Shown here in pieces: positions 8,548-19,393 of a stretch of DNA of 35,429 nt (positions are counted from its first letter, which is position 1; each line of letters opens with the position of its first letter). The stretch is from Bdellovibrionales bacterium (GTDB taxonomy: Bacteria; Bdellovibrionota; Bdellovibrionia; Bdellovibrionales; UBA840). The notes under the pieces are model-generated. The model saw only the letters and a list, made by a program, of their open reading frames with translations, was not told the origin of the DNA and did no database searches. Location of the stretch: positions 1-35,429 of the forward strand of contig JBBKWS010000155.1 of NCBI GenBank assembly GCA_037969075.1, read 5' to 3'. A program made the translations under genes and the position numbers.

Positions 8548-10689
8548 ATGACGCATATACCTCCTCTACTAAGAGATTTAGCATATATTCTAATCACGGC
8601 GGGCTTCGCGGCCGTTTTATTTAAGAAGCTCCGTCAACCTATTGCCATAGGGTACTTAATTTCTGGCTTCTTAGTCGGGCCCAACTTTCAGTTTAGCCCT
8701 AGCGTGGTTGAGCCTGAGACAATCAAAATATGGGCTGAAATTGGTGTCATCTTTTTACTATTTGCTCTTGGCCTAGAGTTTAATTTTAAAAAACTAGCTA
8801 AGGTCGGACTTCCTGCTGCCATTACAAGTGCCATTGAAATATCAGTTGTTTTTACATTAAGTTTTTTAGTTACGTCTTTACTTGGTTGGCGCACAGAGCA
8901 TAAAGTGTTTTTAGCTGCCATGCTCTCTATTTCATCCACCACAATTATTTTTAGATCCTTCGAAGAACTAAACCTTAAGAGCAGAAGCTTTGCTCAACTG
9001 GTTTTTGGAATTCTTATATTTGAAGATTTATTCGCTATATTGCTACTAGTATTACTGCCAGCATACGCTGCCTCAAAAAACTTCGGTGGGCCTGAGTTAA
9101 TCGTCACCCTAGTTAAAATGGGATTTTTTATACTATTATGGTTTTTGCTTGGAATCTTTTTACTACCATCAATTTTTAGAAAAATACGTCTATATTTAGA
9201 TGCTGAAACCACTGTCCTACTAGCGACGGGGCTTTGTTTCTTTATGGTCGTTATATCAAATTATGTTGGGTACTCAGCTGAACTCGGCGCGTTTGTTATG
9301 GGCTCACTGCTCTCTGAAACAGGAGAGAGAGAGAGAATAGAAAAGTACTTCCATCCTTTAAAAAGTTTATTTGGCGCTATATTTTTTGTCTCTATTGGAA
9401 TGCTAATCAATCCAAATATTATCGCTAATAATATGGGTATAGTTAGCATTCTATTTGTGACTTTAATATTTGGTAAAATATTTGGTGTCTTTGTAGGCGC
9501 TATTATCTCTGGCCAAAAACCAAACAATGCAATTCATGCGTCCTTTAGTATGGCACAAATCGGAGAGTTTTCATTTATCTTAGCAACTCTTGGACTATCT
9601 CTTAATATTATAGAAGAAAAGTTATTTCCAATTATCGTTGCCGTCTCGATTATTTCAACGTTCACAACGCCTTACTTAATCCGGGCGTCTTTTGCACTTA
9701 CCAAAAGTTTAAAAGAACGGACCCCGGTTCGTTTGAAGAATGTATTAGATACTTACTCAAGATTACTGTATATGTTCTCTTTTCAACAGACATGGATTTC
9801 ATTTTTAAAAAGATCATTTATTTATTTTGCAATATATACCACAATTATTCTTTTTATATTTTTTGCGCTCGCAAAAATACAGCCTTACATTGGCATTAAT
9901 AAATACTTTGCATGGGGCATTGCTCTTTTATTATCAAGCCCCTTTATTTGGGCGCTAACTCTTAAACCTATTGCTGAGGATCTTCCAAACCCCCTACTCA
10001 GAACTTTGCGTTTATTACGGTATTTATTCTCCTTAGTGTTTATATTAATTTTAAGCACCCTGTTTTTACCTCTACAAACATCCCTACTACTATTACTTGC
10101 CACATCCTTTTTTGCTTTTTGGAAATTCTCTTCCCGCCTGCAGGACACTTACGGCTGGTATGAATCAAGGTTTCTAAATAATTACTCAAATGAAAGCCCG
10201 TCTTCATCACCTGTCATTTCACCTTGGGATATTCATATTAGTGAGTTTACAGTGCCTCCTCTAGCAAATATTGTTGGTAAAACCATATCCACTTTAAGTG
10301 TCAGAGAAAAGTATGGCGTCACCATTGCTAGTTTAAAAAGAGGGGATCAAATTATTATGGCACCCACTTCCACAGAAAGAATTTACCCCTTTGATACCTT
10401 GTATTTAATTGGTGGAGACCATGAGATCATTCATTTTCAGGAGGACTTGTTACTTGCACCAGTTGATAAAGTGCCTACAATTGAGCAGGTACAAAATCTT
10501 AAAAAATTTGTTGTCGACAAAGACTCTGCTTTACTAGGGACAATGATCAAAGATAGTAATGTCCGAGATAACCACAAGGGTATTATTATTGGAGTAGAAA
10601 GAGCTGGGCAGAGAATCTTAAATCCTCCCGCAAACTTTATTATGAATGAGGGGGATTTAATTTGGATTCTCGCTCAATCAAATATCTAA
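8548..10689 (+). CDS. CPA2 family cation:proton antiporter with C-terminal TrkA_C (RCK-C) domains
   Basis: GVIFLLFALGLE, SISSTTI, GILIFED, LGAFVMG, FFVSIG, QIGEFSFI motifs; two TrkA_C-like repeats at C-terminus. Confidence 0.92.
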   Translation: MTHIPPLLRDLAYILITAGFAAVLFKKLRQPIAIGYLISGFLVGPNFQFSPSVVEPETIKIWAEIGVIFLLFALGLEFNFKKLAKVGLPAAITSAIEISVVFTLSFLVTSLLGWRTEHKVFLAAMLSISSTTIIFRSFEELNLKSRSFAQLVFGILIFEDLFAILLLVLLPAYAASKNFGGPELIVTLVKMGFFILLWFLLGIFLLPSIFRKIRLYLDAETTVLLATGLCFFMVVISNYVGYSAELGAFVMGSLLSETGERERIEKYFHPLKSLFGAIFFVSIGMLINPNIIANNMGIVSILFVTLIFGKIFGVFVGAIISGQKPNNAIHASFSMAQIGEFSFILATLGLSLNIIEEKLFPIIVAVSIISTFTTPYLIRASFALTKSLKERTPVRLKNVLDTYSRLLYMFSFQQTWISFLKRSFIYFAIYTTIILFIFFALAKIQPYIGINKYFAWGIALLLSSPFIWALTLKPIAEDLPNPLLRTLRLLRYLFSLVFILILSTLFLPLQTSLLLLLATSFFAFWKFSSRLQDTYGWYESRFLNNYSNESPSSSPVISPWDIHISEFTVPPLANIVGKTISTLSVREKYGVTIASLKRGDQIIMAPTSTERIYPFDTLYLIGGDHEIIHFQEDLLLAPVDKVPTIEQVQNLKKFVVDKDSALLGTMIKDSNVRDNHKGIIIGVERAGQRILNPPANFIMNEGDLIWILAQSNI

Positions 10690-13600
10690 AGGCTTGGCCT
10701 TACTCTCAAGTTTTGAGAGTACTAAATATAATGCTGGAACTACAAAGAGCGTTAATAGTGTTGAAATTATCGTTCCGCCCATAATTGTAAGGCCCATTGG
10801 AACTCTAGTCTCTGAACCTATTCCCGCCCCGAGCACCAATGGCAACGCTGCTGCAACGGTAGCAACCGAAGTCATAATGATCGGTCGTAATCTAACTGGA
10901 CAAGCGCTTACTAAAGCTTGATATACATTATCAGAGCCCTTTACACGCTTTTGATTTGTAAATTCAACTAGCATAATAGAGTTCTTTTTTGCAATACCCA
11001 TTAAAACTATAATCCCGATGAAAGAAAACAGATTCAAAGACTGTCCAAACATCCAAAGCGCAAGAAGCGCACCCGTAATACTAAACGGTAATGCCATTAA
11101 TACAGAGAACGGATGCACAAACGAATTAAATTGCACTGCCAAAATTAAGTAAGCCACTAAGATTCCAATAAATAGAGCTGCATACAAACTTTTAAATGCC
11201 TGTAAAAAACCAGCAGAACTTCCTTCTAGTGCATATGAATATCCCGGCGGTAAAATTCTCTTAGCAATACCTTCAGCAGCAGCAATTACCTTAGCTTGTG
11301 ACTGACCTGGCGCCAAACTTCCATACACTGATATAGCTCGAGCTCTGTTTACACGCGCAATAGATTGGGTCGTCTTTGCTTCTTTAATATGTACCAGTTT
11401 GTCTAAGGATATCAAGTTGCCCGCACCATTTCTGACGTAAATTTTCTTTATATCAGCCGCTGACTGAATCAACTCATCAGGAATTTTATACCTGATATCA
11501 TATCTTCTCCCATCCGCAGTGTATCGACCTTGCCGTAAGCCACCAACAGCTGCTGAAAGAGTGGTACCAACAGACTCAATGCTTACTCCGCGAGATGCCA
11601 TAGCATCTCTGTCAGGTGATATTAATAACTCTGGCAGACCCTGTCTATAATCAGTATCTAGATCAACAGCTATGTTTAGCGCCTCAAGTTCTTTTATTAA
11701 CTCTTGCGACTTATCATTTAAAATATTTAAATCTGCTCCTCGCAAACTAATCGACAGTGGGTTTTGACGACCTGCCGATAAATTTCTTGCGGATATATCT
11801 CTCATGTTGATACGTACGCCCTTTAAATCTTTTACTCTAGCTCTTAAAATATCCATGATTTCTAAATGTCCAAGTTTTCTCTCGGCTTTTGGCAATAGTG
11901 TAATTGGTATAAATAATCTACCCACGCCCACTGATAGAAAAAAACCCTGAATTCCCTCTACGTCTTTAATTCTCTCTTCAAGCTCCATAGATATTTGATT
12001 GGTTTTTTCTAAAGAATCTCCAGGATTAGTTTGAGCGACCATGATAATTATATCTTGATCCTGTGCAGGTACGAACTCTTGCTTTACTTGTTTAATAAGC
12101 AATAGTGAAACCACAAATACAAGAGTAGACACTATTAATACTGTCCACTTAAAATCTAAGGTTTTAACCAAAACCCTCTGATACATACCTTCTAGTTTTT
12201 CGAATTTATGTTCGAGGTATGCTTCAAACTTACCAACTTTTGGCTCTGAGCTTAAAAGTGCTGCCGCTCGCATTGGAGTAACCGTCACCGCTTCTAATAA
12301 TGACAGAAGTACCGCTGCAGATATGGTAACTCCAAATTGAAAGAAAAACTTGCCTATAATTCCATCCATAAAAATTACTGGCAAAAATATTGCCACGACT
12401 GCAAGTGTGGCGGCAATGGCCGCAGGCAGCACTTCTTTTGCTCCTTCGCTAGCAGCGCGCATGGATCCCTTGCCCATCCTATAGTGCCGTACAATATTCT
12501 CTAAAAGCATAATGGCATCGTCTACGACAATAGAAACAGCCAAAGTTAATGCCAGTAAGGTAAACAAGTTTAAAGTGAAACCTGAGAAATACAGAACTGC
12601 AAAAGTACCAACTATAGAAGTAGGGATAGAAAACAAAATGTTAATGGCTGCTTGATAGCTACCTAAAAACAAAAAGCACACAAGAATAGTTACTAATCCT
12701 GCCATCCATAATTTTTCAGTGGTTAACTCAACCGTAGATTTTGTGGATTTGGTAAAATCCACATTAATTCTGTAATTATACCCCTCAGGAAAGCTTGATT
12801 TAATACTCTCAAGTCGTTCTTTTACAGCCTCAGCAACCTCAACTTCATTTGTTCCACGCTGCTTCATCACTCGAATAGAAACCGTTTGCTGCCCCTTGTA
12901 TCTAGCAATTCTGCGAATATCTGAAAGCCCGTCTTCAACCCTAGCAACGTCTTTAATTCTTATGTTACTCTGACTAATTAGCTGGCCACCACGTCTTAAA
13001 ATTAAAATATTCCCAACGTCTACCACATCCGTCGCTTCGCCAAGCCATCGAACCCTTAACTCACGCTCCCCATCAGAAAATTGTCCTGCAGCACTTTCTA
13101 AATGCTGTGATTTTAGTGTTTCTACAATATCAGCAATAGTTAATTCATAACTCTCTAGTTTTGCTGGGTCCATCCAAATACGCAGATTTCTTTTACTAAA
13201 ATCACTGGCGCTTACCTGTCCAACTCCTGGCAAAAATTGGATCTGATCAATCAAATAATTATCTATCCAATTTAATATTTCTTTTAAATCCTTCTTACCG
13301 AAGACAGAAATATACATGATCGGATCTTCCTCAGGATTTTCTTTTCTTACGACCGGAGGATCGACTCCTGCAGGCAGACGAAATTCACTGATGGCTGCTT
13401 GCGCCTCTTGTAGGGCAACGTTTACATTTTTATTTATGTCGAACTCTAAAGTAATGCGGCCTGAACCCTGGCTTGATTGCGAACGCATTTCTTTAATGCC
13501 CTCAACACTTAATAAGAGTTGTTCGATAGGGTCAATAAGCTCGGCCTCTACGACTTCAGGCGCTGCTCCTTCATAGTTCATTGAAATATTTAATACTGGA

Positions 13601-13725
13601 AAATCTACATCGGGCAATTGGCTGACGCCCATGCGATTCATACAAATTGCACCAAACACAATACAGCTGAACATTAAAACCCAAGCGAACACTGGTCTAC
13701 GAAGCGATAAATCAATCAAGTTCAT
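10678..13725 (-). CDS. RND efflux permease (AcrB/AcrD/AcrF family)
   Basis: RRPV N-terminus, LPDVDFP, VVDDAI, KKNSIML, RLRPIIMTS; 1015 aa. Confidence 0.95.
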   Translation of the reverse strand: MNLIDLSLRRPVFAWVLMFSCIVFGAICMNRMGVSQLPDVDFPVLNISMNYEGAAPEVVEAELIDPIEQLLLSVEGIKEMRSQSSQGSGRITLEFDINKNVNVALQEAQAAISEFRLPAGVDPPVVRKENPEEDPIMYISVFGKKDLKEILNWIDNYLIDQIQFLPGVGQVSASDFSKRNLRIWMDPAKLESYELTIADIVETLKSQHLESAAGQFSDGERELRVRWLGEATDVVDVGNILILRRGGQLISQSNIRIKDVARVEDGLSDIRRIARYKGQQTVSIRVMKQRGTNEVEVAEAVKERLESIKSSFPEGYNYRINVDFTKSTKSTVELTTEKLWMAGLVTILVCFLFLGSYQAAINILFSIPTSIVGTFAVLYFSGFTLNLFTLLALTLAVSIVVDDAIMLLENIVRHYRMGKGSMRAASEGAKEVLPAAIAATLAVVAIFLPVIFMDGIIGKFFFQFGVTISAAVLLSLLEAVTVTPMRAAALLSSEPKVGKFEAYLEHKFEKLEGMYQRVLVKTLDFKWTVLIVSTLVFVVSLLLIKQVKQEFVPAQDQDIIIMVAQTNPGDSLEKTNQISMELEERIKDVEGIQGFFLSVGVGRLFIPITLLPKAERKLGHLEIMDILRARVKDLKGVRINMRDISARNLSAGRQNPLSISLRGADLNILNDKSQELIKELEALNIAVDLDTDYRQGLPELLISPDRDAMASRGVSIESVGTTLSAAVGGLRQGRYTADGRRYDIRYKIPDELIQSAADIKKIYVRNGAGNLISLDKLVHIKEAKTTQSIARVNRARAISVYGSLAPGQSQAKVIAAAEGIAKRILPPGYSYALEGSSAGFLQAFKSLYAALFIGILVAYLILAVQFNSFVHPFSVLMALPFSITGALLALWMFGQSLNLFSFIGIIVLMGIAKKNSIMLVEFTNQKRVKGSDNVYQALVSACPVRLRPIIMTSVATVAAALPLVLGAGIGSETRVPMGLTIMGGTIISTLLTLFVVPALYLVLSKLESKAKPLDI

Positions 13726-13744
13726 ATTACTTACCCTTCATGAG

Positions 13745-14977
13745 CTAATTAATCTCACCTATAAGTTGTCTTAAATCTAGCTCAGCCTGCTTTAATCTAA
13801 AATAAGCTTCTTCACGATTTTTTTTAGCATTTAGATAGTCTGTTAGAGAAGTTAATAACTCAAGGTTAGACACTAAGCCTAATTGCAGCTCTTTATTATA
13901 AAATTGATAATTTTTTCTGGCCGTAATTAATGAATCTTCATATATACTAAAAAAATTAATGTTTTTTGAGAGCTCGTTATATAAATTTTTAAGTTTTAAA
14001 GCACTATCTTTTTGAAGCGCTAAATATTTTGCCGTCTCTTCATTTCTCTTCCATGAAGCTTCGCGGGCTGCCGCACTCACTCTGCCACCTTCAAACAGTG
14101 GTATCTCTAAGGTCAGAAGTGTCGTTACATCTCGCCCCTCTTCATTATTTGTCACTTCACCAAACTTGGCCGCTACATCTAAATACAAACTTGGCAAATG
14201 TTGTGATTTCAATGCGGACTCTGATTTTTCGGCAATCTTTACATTTTTAGCTTGTAGCTGCAAATCAGGGATCTCTGATAATTTACCTGTATAATACTCT
14301 TCGTTTTTTAAAGACGGTAGTTGGTCAGTCTTACTAAGAGTACTATCCCACGCTAACCCAGTAAGTCTTGCAAAGAATTCTCTTTCTGCTTTTAAGTCAA
14401 TTTCAAGCTGACCCAATTCAATTTTAAACGCTTGATTCTGCAATTCATTAGATAGCAAATCACTTTGCTTAGATCGTCCTATTGTCACACGCTTGCGAAT
14501 TATTTTTACCCGATTAGCACTGACTTGATCTATTTCTTTTACTACTTCAAGAGTACTCTCTAAAAGTAATATCCGGTAATAACTTTGCGCCACCATTTGA
14601 TATAAGCTTAAATCATTTTTTTTAATTAAAATATCGGTAGCTTCTCTACTAGCTTTTTCTTTTTGTATGCCAGAAACAATGCCACCTTGAAACAAAGACT
14701 GTCGTAGACTAAGGCCCACAGTCTTCTGTGAAGAATCTGAAGATTCGCTATCAATACGCTGCCTATTATCTTTGTACTGCCCATTGGCAGTGATCTTCGG
14801 AAAAAGATATCCCTTAGCTTGATCATATCTACTATCCGCTTGCCCTTTGATACTTCTATTCAACAAATCATATTCAGAATTTTTTGTGGCCGAAATATAG
14901 GCTTTTTGTAAATCCACTTCGATGGGTTCAGTGCCATAACTGACAAATTGCAATAAAACAAAAACGATTTTTATCAT
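13745..14977 (-). CDS. TolC family outer-membrane efflux protein
   Basis: Two OEP repeats (FPKI..LRQSLFQGG; LPSL..LEIPLFEGG), upstream of the RND gene. Confidence 0.9.
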   Translation of the reverse strand: MIKIVFVLLQFVSYGTEPIEVDLQKAYISATKNSEYDLLNRSIKGQADSRYDQAKGYLFPKITANGQYKDNRQRIDSESSDSSQKTVGLSLRQSLFQGGIVSGIQKEKASREATDILIKKNDLSLYQMVAQSYYRILLLESTLEVVKEIDQVSANRVKIIRKRVTIGRSKQSDLLSNELQNQAFKIELGQLEIDLKAEREFFARLTGLAWDSTLSKTDQLPSLKNEEYYTGKLSEIPDLQLQAKNVKIAEKSESALKSQHLPSLYLDVAAKFGEVTNNEEGRDVTTLLTLEIPLFEGGRVSAAAREASWKRNEETAKYLALQKDSALKLKNLYNELSKNINFFSIYEDSLITARKNYQFYNKELQLGLVSNLELLTSLTDYLNAKKNREEAYFRLKQAELDLRQLIGEIN

Positions 14978-14982
14978 AAAAA

Positions 14983-15011
14983 ATTGTAAATAGACTAGAT
15001 TGTCAGGTCAA
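14983..15011 (-). promoter_or_regulatory. sigma70 promoter of tolC-RND, probably leaderless
   Basis: Minus strand TTGACC-N17-TACAAT, 5 nt before ATG 14977, no SD. Confidence 0.7.
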
Positions 15012-15040
15012 TCAATCTGCCTAAATTACTAAAGTGCCGC

Positions 15041-15062
15041 AGTGGGCGAGATAAAGCCCACT
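15041..15062 (-). terminator. Hairpin downstream of trxA, possible terminator
   Basis: AGTGGGC-N8-GCCCACT; U-tract weak. Confidence 0.4.
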
Positions 15063-15069
15063 ATATAGC

Positions 15070-15393
15070 TTAGATATGCTTATTAATGGCCTCAACGATG
15101 GCATCTTTTGATAAGTTACCAACCAATTGATCTACAGCTTTTCCGTCCTTGAATAGAATCATAGTAGGAATAGATCTGACGCCATATTTGGCTGCTGTAT
15201 TGGGGTTCTCATCCACGTTTACTTTTGCCACAACCACTTTTGCAGACATTTCGGTAGCAATCTCTTCCAATTTTGGCCCAAGAGCTCTACACGGCCCACA
15301 CCATTCTGCCCAAAAATCAACTAGAATAGTACCTTTATTAGCAGTCACTTCTGATTCAAAATTTGTATCCGTAACGGATTTTGTGTTGCCCAT
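15070..15393 (-). CDS. trxA: Thioredoxin
   Basis: DFWAEWCGPC, cis-Pro loop SIPT, AAGGAG RBS. Confidence 0.97.
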   Translation of the reverse strand: MGNTKSVTDTNFESEVTANKGTILVDFWAEWCGPCRALGPKLEEIATEMSAKVVVAKVNVDENPNTAAKYGVRSIPTMILFKDGKAVDQLVGNLSKDAIVEAINKHI

Positions 15394-15416
15394 TTTAACT
15401 CCTTATTGCTTACAAC

Positions 15417-15445
15417 ATTATATCGGAATAACAGATGAAAGTCTA
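15417..15445 (-). promoter_or_regulatory. sigma70 promoter of trxA
   Basis: Minus strand TAGACT-N17-TATAAT. Confidence 0.7.
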
Positions 15446-15466
15446 GACATGACTTTATGGTGTTTG

Positions 15467-15495
15467 TTGATCCAGACTGATTTTATAGGCATACT
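15467..15495 (+). promoter_or_regulatory. sigma70 promoter, probably leaderless
   Basis: TTGATC-N17-CATACT, 6 nt before ATG 15502. Confidence 0.6.
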
Positions 15496-15501
15496 ATATA
15501 C

Positions 15502-17439
15502 ATGGATAAGAGTGATCTATTAATCATGATCGTAGAAGACGATATAAGCTTTGCGAAAGCCCTAAGAGCCGCTATCGAACAAGAAGGTTACCAAGTCAAA
15601 GTCTATTCTAACGCTCAGGATTGCATTCAACAGCATAAATTAAATCCACCAGATCTTCTTATCGTCGATTGCTTATTGCCAGGCATGCCAGGCGTTGAGA
15701 TGGTTATAAAAATTCATGCGGAAGATTCTAAAACTCCAACTATACTTATGAGTGGAATCTTTACAGACAAATCATTTGTCAAAGATGCCCTGACACAAAC
15801 AAATGCCTTAGGTTTTTTCAATAAGCCATTTGAGACTGCTGCTTTGATTCAACAGATTGATTCTATTTTACTAGAAAAAACAGGGATCAACATCCCTCCT
15901 CTTGATCAATTATATCAAAATTCTTCTTTAGGGCCCATAGAGGTTACCAATTTAATTACTTCTATTAGCTCAATTCATGGTCATCATTTACCAAAAGTAT
16001 TTTTGGCACTATTAAAATCACATGGCCAAACTATAATCGAATTGAAAGATGAGGAATCGAACAATATTTCAAGTATGCACTTTGCAAATGGTAAAATCGT
16101 TGAAGTAAAAATTGAAGACCCTAACTCGTATTTTGGCAGATTAATGGTTGAGAAAAACTTTCTGACGCCTGAAGAGTTAGAAACAGTACTTGCAAAACCC
16201 TCTAAAAAACGAATCGGAGAAAAACTAATTGATGAAAATTTAATTAGCCCTCATATGATTGACGCAGTTAACAGCGAGCAGATGTGTTTGCGGCTAGGAC
16301 GTTTAATTCGTGATACAAATTATGAATTAAAACTAACAACCGCCAGCAAAGTGGTTAGTAAGTCTTTTGTGGATAGCTCACTTTTAGTAAATTACATAGG
16401 CGACTGGTTTCGCTCTAAAATAGACCTTTCGTGGCTCAACAAGTTTTATACTTCCCACACTAACGCCTCATTTGTTACTGAAAAATCCCAAGCTTCACTG
16501 GTACAAAATCTACTTAAGCATCTTGATCAAACAGAACTTTCTGACCTATTTAAAGAATTTACTGCGGGCTCAAGCTTACAAAACTTACTAGATTCACACC
16601 CGCAACATACAGGAAATGTATTCTTATTAACCCATATGCTAACAGCTCTTAATTACCTGTATTTTGATCAAAATATGAAGTCTGACGAACAGTCCTTAAA
16701 ACTTGAGAGAGTAAAGCAGCTTTTAGAAGCTTCAGAAAAACAGGATCACTTTCAAATTTTAGGGATTACAAGAAGAGCAAAGTTGTCAGATATCAAAAAA
16801 TCCTTCCATGATTTAGCTAAAATATTTCATCCAGACAAACTTTCAAAAGCAGCAACGCCAGATGTAATAGCTGCCACAAAAGGTTTTTTCGCCAAGATCA
16901 CATTAGCCTATGAAACACTTAGTGATGCGCCCAAGAAAGAGCTGTACATGAAAGAACTAGAGACAGGACAGGCGCAGTTGAGGTTACAAGCCGAATCTCT
17001 TTTTGAAGAATCTAAGGATTTAATGGGACAACGTCAGTATGGTAGAGCACAAGAACTAATGAATGAAGCAGCGATCCTATGCCCTGCTACTTCTGAATTA
17101 AAACTACACCTACTATGGGTTGCTTTAGCACTTATATCACAAACTAAAGACACCTCTGGCTTAGCAAAAGTGAATGCTGACCTAAATGGAGTTCCGCCAG
17201 AAGATCGACATAACGCTACTTATTACTTCGTAAAAGGTCTGCTTCAAAAACAATTAGGGCAACTTGATCAAGCAAAGCATAACATTGCTCACGCAGTAAG
17301 TATTCAACCTGATTTTGTTGAAGCTAAACGTGAACTTAATATTTTAAATATTTCAGCAAAGTCTAATAATAAGCCTGTTGATCTTCTCAACGCTGACCTA
17401 AAGGATGTCGTTGGTTCTTTATTTAAAAAGAGGCGCTAA
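15502..17439 (+). CDS. Receiver domain + central domain + DnaJ J-domain + TPR protein
   Basis: REC (VEDD, LLIVD, NKPF); J-domain DHFQILG...IFHPDK...AYETLSD; C-terminal TPR-like helices. Confidence 0.88.
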   Translation: MDKSDLLIMIVEDDISFAKALRAAIEQEGYQVKVYSNAQDCIQQHKLNPPDLLIVDCLLPGMPGVEMVIKIHAEDSKTPTILMSGIFTDKSFVKDALTQTNALGFFNKPFETAALIQQIDSILLEKTGINIPPLDQLYQNSSLGPIEVTNLITSISSIHGHHLPKVFLALLKSHGQTIIELKDEESNNISSMHFANGKIVEVKIEDPNSYFGRLMVEKNFLTPEELETVLAKPSKKRIGEKLIDENLISPHMIDAVNSEQMCLRLGRLIRDTNYELKLTTASKVVSKSFVDSSLLVNYIGDWFRSKIDLSWLNKFYTSHTNASFVTEKSQASLVQNLLKHLDQTELSDLFKEFTAGSSLQNLLDSHPQHTGNVFLLTHMLTALNYLYFDQNMKSDEQSLKLERVKQLLEASEKQDHFQILGITRRAKLSDIKKSFHDLAKIFHPDKLSKAATPDVIAATKGFFAKITLAYETLSDAPKKELYMKELETGQAQLRLQAESLFEESKDLMGQRQYGRAQELMNEAAILCPATSELKLHLLWVALALISQTKDTSGLAKVNADLNGVPPEDRHNATYYFVKGLLQKQLGQLDQAKHNIAHAVSIQPDFVEAKRELNILNISAKSNNKPVDLLNADLKDVVGSLFKKRR

Positions 17440-18137
17440 CTCCCCTTTTTACTTGCATCAAAAAGGGCTTTTAAAAAATCTTTTTTTTCTGCATCAAGAG
17501 CTTTGTCTTCGTCTGTGTATGGCTCGGCTGCAATCTTATTAATGGCTGCCTGAATCTCTGAAGTATCAAAGTGAGTTCTTACGGATTTTGGCGGATTGGC
17601 AGTTAAAAAGTCATCATACTTTTTCTTTCGCGCAGTCACTTCGTCAAAAACCACTTTGTCAATCATAGGGGCCAACGCCTCCGCTTGTTCACCGTGTGAT
17701 TTAAGCACTTTAAGTTGTTCATCATTCAGTTTTTCTAAAGGATATCGCATACTACGAATTTTCTGAAGCGAAGCCTTTGCCGAAAATCCGCCAGCCTTCT
17801 CTAAAAATTCAAACAAGAGCCGATTGTTAATCGGACTTACTAAGAATAGATCGACTTTATTTAATTGTAATATCTCTTTATTGAGCGTTCCAGAACCAAG
17901 TAAGACAACCTTAGGGAAACCCTCATGTCGCCTGATAGCTTTTGAAATATCTAGACCACGGGTTCGCCGGATCATTTGAGACAACAATATTGCATCTGGT
18001 CTAAATGTTAGTACTTGCCCACTAAGACCTAGCTCTGTAGATAAGCCAATAACATCCCAACCTATCTTCTTTAACATGGTTTGAAGATAGGTTCTCTCAT
18101 GATAATCTTCGATAACTAGTAAAATTTTTCTTATCAT
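17436..18137 (-). CDS. Atypical (pseudo-)receiver domain protein
   Basis: KILLVIED, RPDAILLS, PKVVLLG receiver pattern; phosphoacceptor Asp and conserved Lys apparently replaced. Confidence 0.65.
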   Translation of the reverse strand: MIRKILLVIEDYHERTYLQTMLKKIGWDVIGLSTELGLSGQVLTFRPDAILLSQMIRRTRGLDISKAIRRHEGFPKVVLLGSGTLNKEILQLNKVDLFLVSPINNRLLFEFLEKAGGFSAKASLQKIRSMRYPLEKLNDEQLKVLKSHGEQAEALAPMIDKVVFDEVTARKKKYDDFLTANPPKSVRTHFDTSEIQAAINKIAAEPYTDEDKALDAEKKDFLKALFDASKKGS

Positions 18138-18268
18138 AATTTATCCCTTATTATCATTCCATTTTTATGATGAAAGCTCAATTAACTTCTGCTACCATAA
18201 TTTTAAAAGTATTTTCTAAAGACTGGTTTTTGTAATAAAAATGCCTACTTTTAATACCAAGAGGAATT

Positions 18269-19393
18269 TTGTTTAAACGAAGTAGAACTTTACATCTTTA
18301 TATTCTGACAGAAATGCTACCTAGCTTCCTGTTGGGCCTATTTATTTTTATTTTTCTACTTCTGTCTGTGCAGACACTTCGATTGACTGAGTTCTTACTA
18401 ATCCACGGCGTTAGTCTACTGAATCTGACACAGCTAGTAACCTATATGAGTGTTCAGTTTTTACCTATGATTTTGCCCATGAGTCTTTTGTTTGCTTCGC
18501 TATTTACCTATAATCGCCTTAGTAATGATTCTGAGCTAGTTGCAATGAAAGCATCAGGGCTATCTATTGTTCACATAGGAATGCCCTCCATTTTACTAGG
18601 TTTAATAGTATTCATTACAGCCTTATATACATCTTTTTATGTTGGCCCATGGGGCAGCAAACAATTTGATTTGCTCGTACAAAAAATTGGACAAACTAAG
18701 GCCAGCGCTAATATCAGAGAAGGGAGTTTTTCAGAAGGTTTTTTTGATATGGTGGTTTACGCCAACAAAGTTGAAACTAAAAATGGAGTGCTTGGAGATT
18801 TGTTTATTTATGATGAAAGAAACCCTAACAATCCACTGACTATTGTTGCTAAGTTAGGTCAGATCATTAAAGACACTGACGCACCCGATAAGTTCACTAT
18901 GCTACGCCTAATCGATGGGCAGATACATAAAAATCAACTTGGAAGTTATACCATCGTACACTTTGATACGTATGACATAAATTTAGCTGCGACCATACAT
19001 AGTACCGATGATGATTTTAATCCTAATATTTACAACTATGATCAGTTAACAGATCAAATAAGTGCTTATAAAACCAAAAACTCGAGTGATTTAAAAGAAA
19101 AAGAAACATTAACTTCTTTACAGCGAGAATATCATAAGCGCTGGGTACTAAGTTTTTCTTGCCTTATTTTTGCTATTCTTGGAATTGGTTTTGGGGCAAT
19201 AACAAATAGGCGTAACAATAAATCCAACGGGGTTGTTCTATCCTTAGGTGTTATCGTTAGTTATTGGATCATTTATATTGTTTTTGACTCAGCAGTAAAA
19301 TCGGGCCGACTTCCCGCACATATCGGATTATGGGCCCCCAATATCTTGTTTATGGCCATAGCCTTTTTTAGACTTCGCAAAGTATGGTCCTAA
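18269..19393 (+). CDS. lptF: LPS export ABC transporter permease LptF
   Basis: RLSNDSELVAMKASGLS, three TM + beta-jellyroll + three TM, W.PNI motif; TTG start after GAGGA. Confidence 0.88.
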   Translation: MFKRSRTLHLYILTEMLPSFLLGLFIFIFLLLSVQTLRLTEFLLIHGVSLLNLTQLVTYMSVQFLPMILPMSLLFASLFTYNRLSNDSELVAMKASGLSIVHIGMPSILLGLIVFITALYTSFYVGPWGSKQFDLLVQKIGQTKASANIREGSFSEGFFDMVVYANKVETKNGVLGDLFIYDERNPNNPLTIVAKLGQIIKDTDAPDKFTMLRLIDGQIHKNQLGSYTIVHFDTYDINLAATIHSTDDDFNPNIYNYDQLTDQISAYKTKNSSDLKEKETLTSLQREYHKRWVLSFSCLIFAILGIGFGAITNRRNNKSNGVVLSLGVIVSYWIIYIVFDSAVKSGRLPAHIGLWAPNILFMAIAFFRLRKVWS

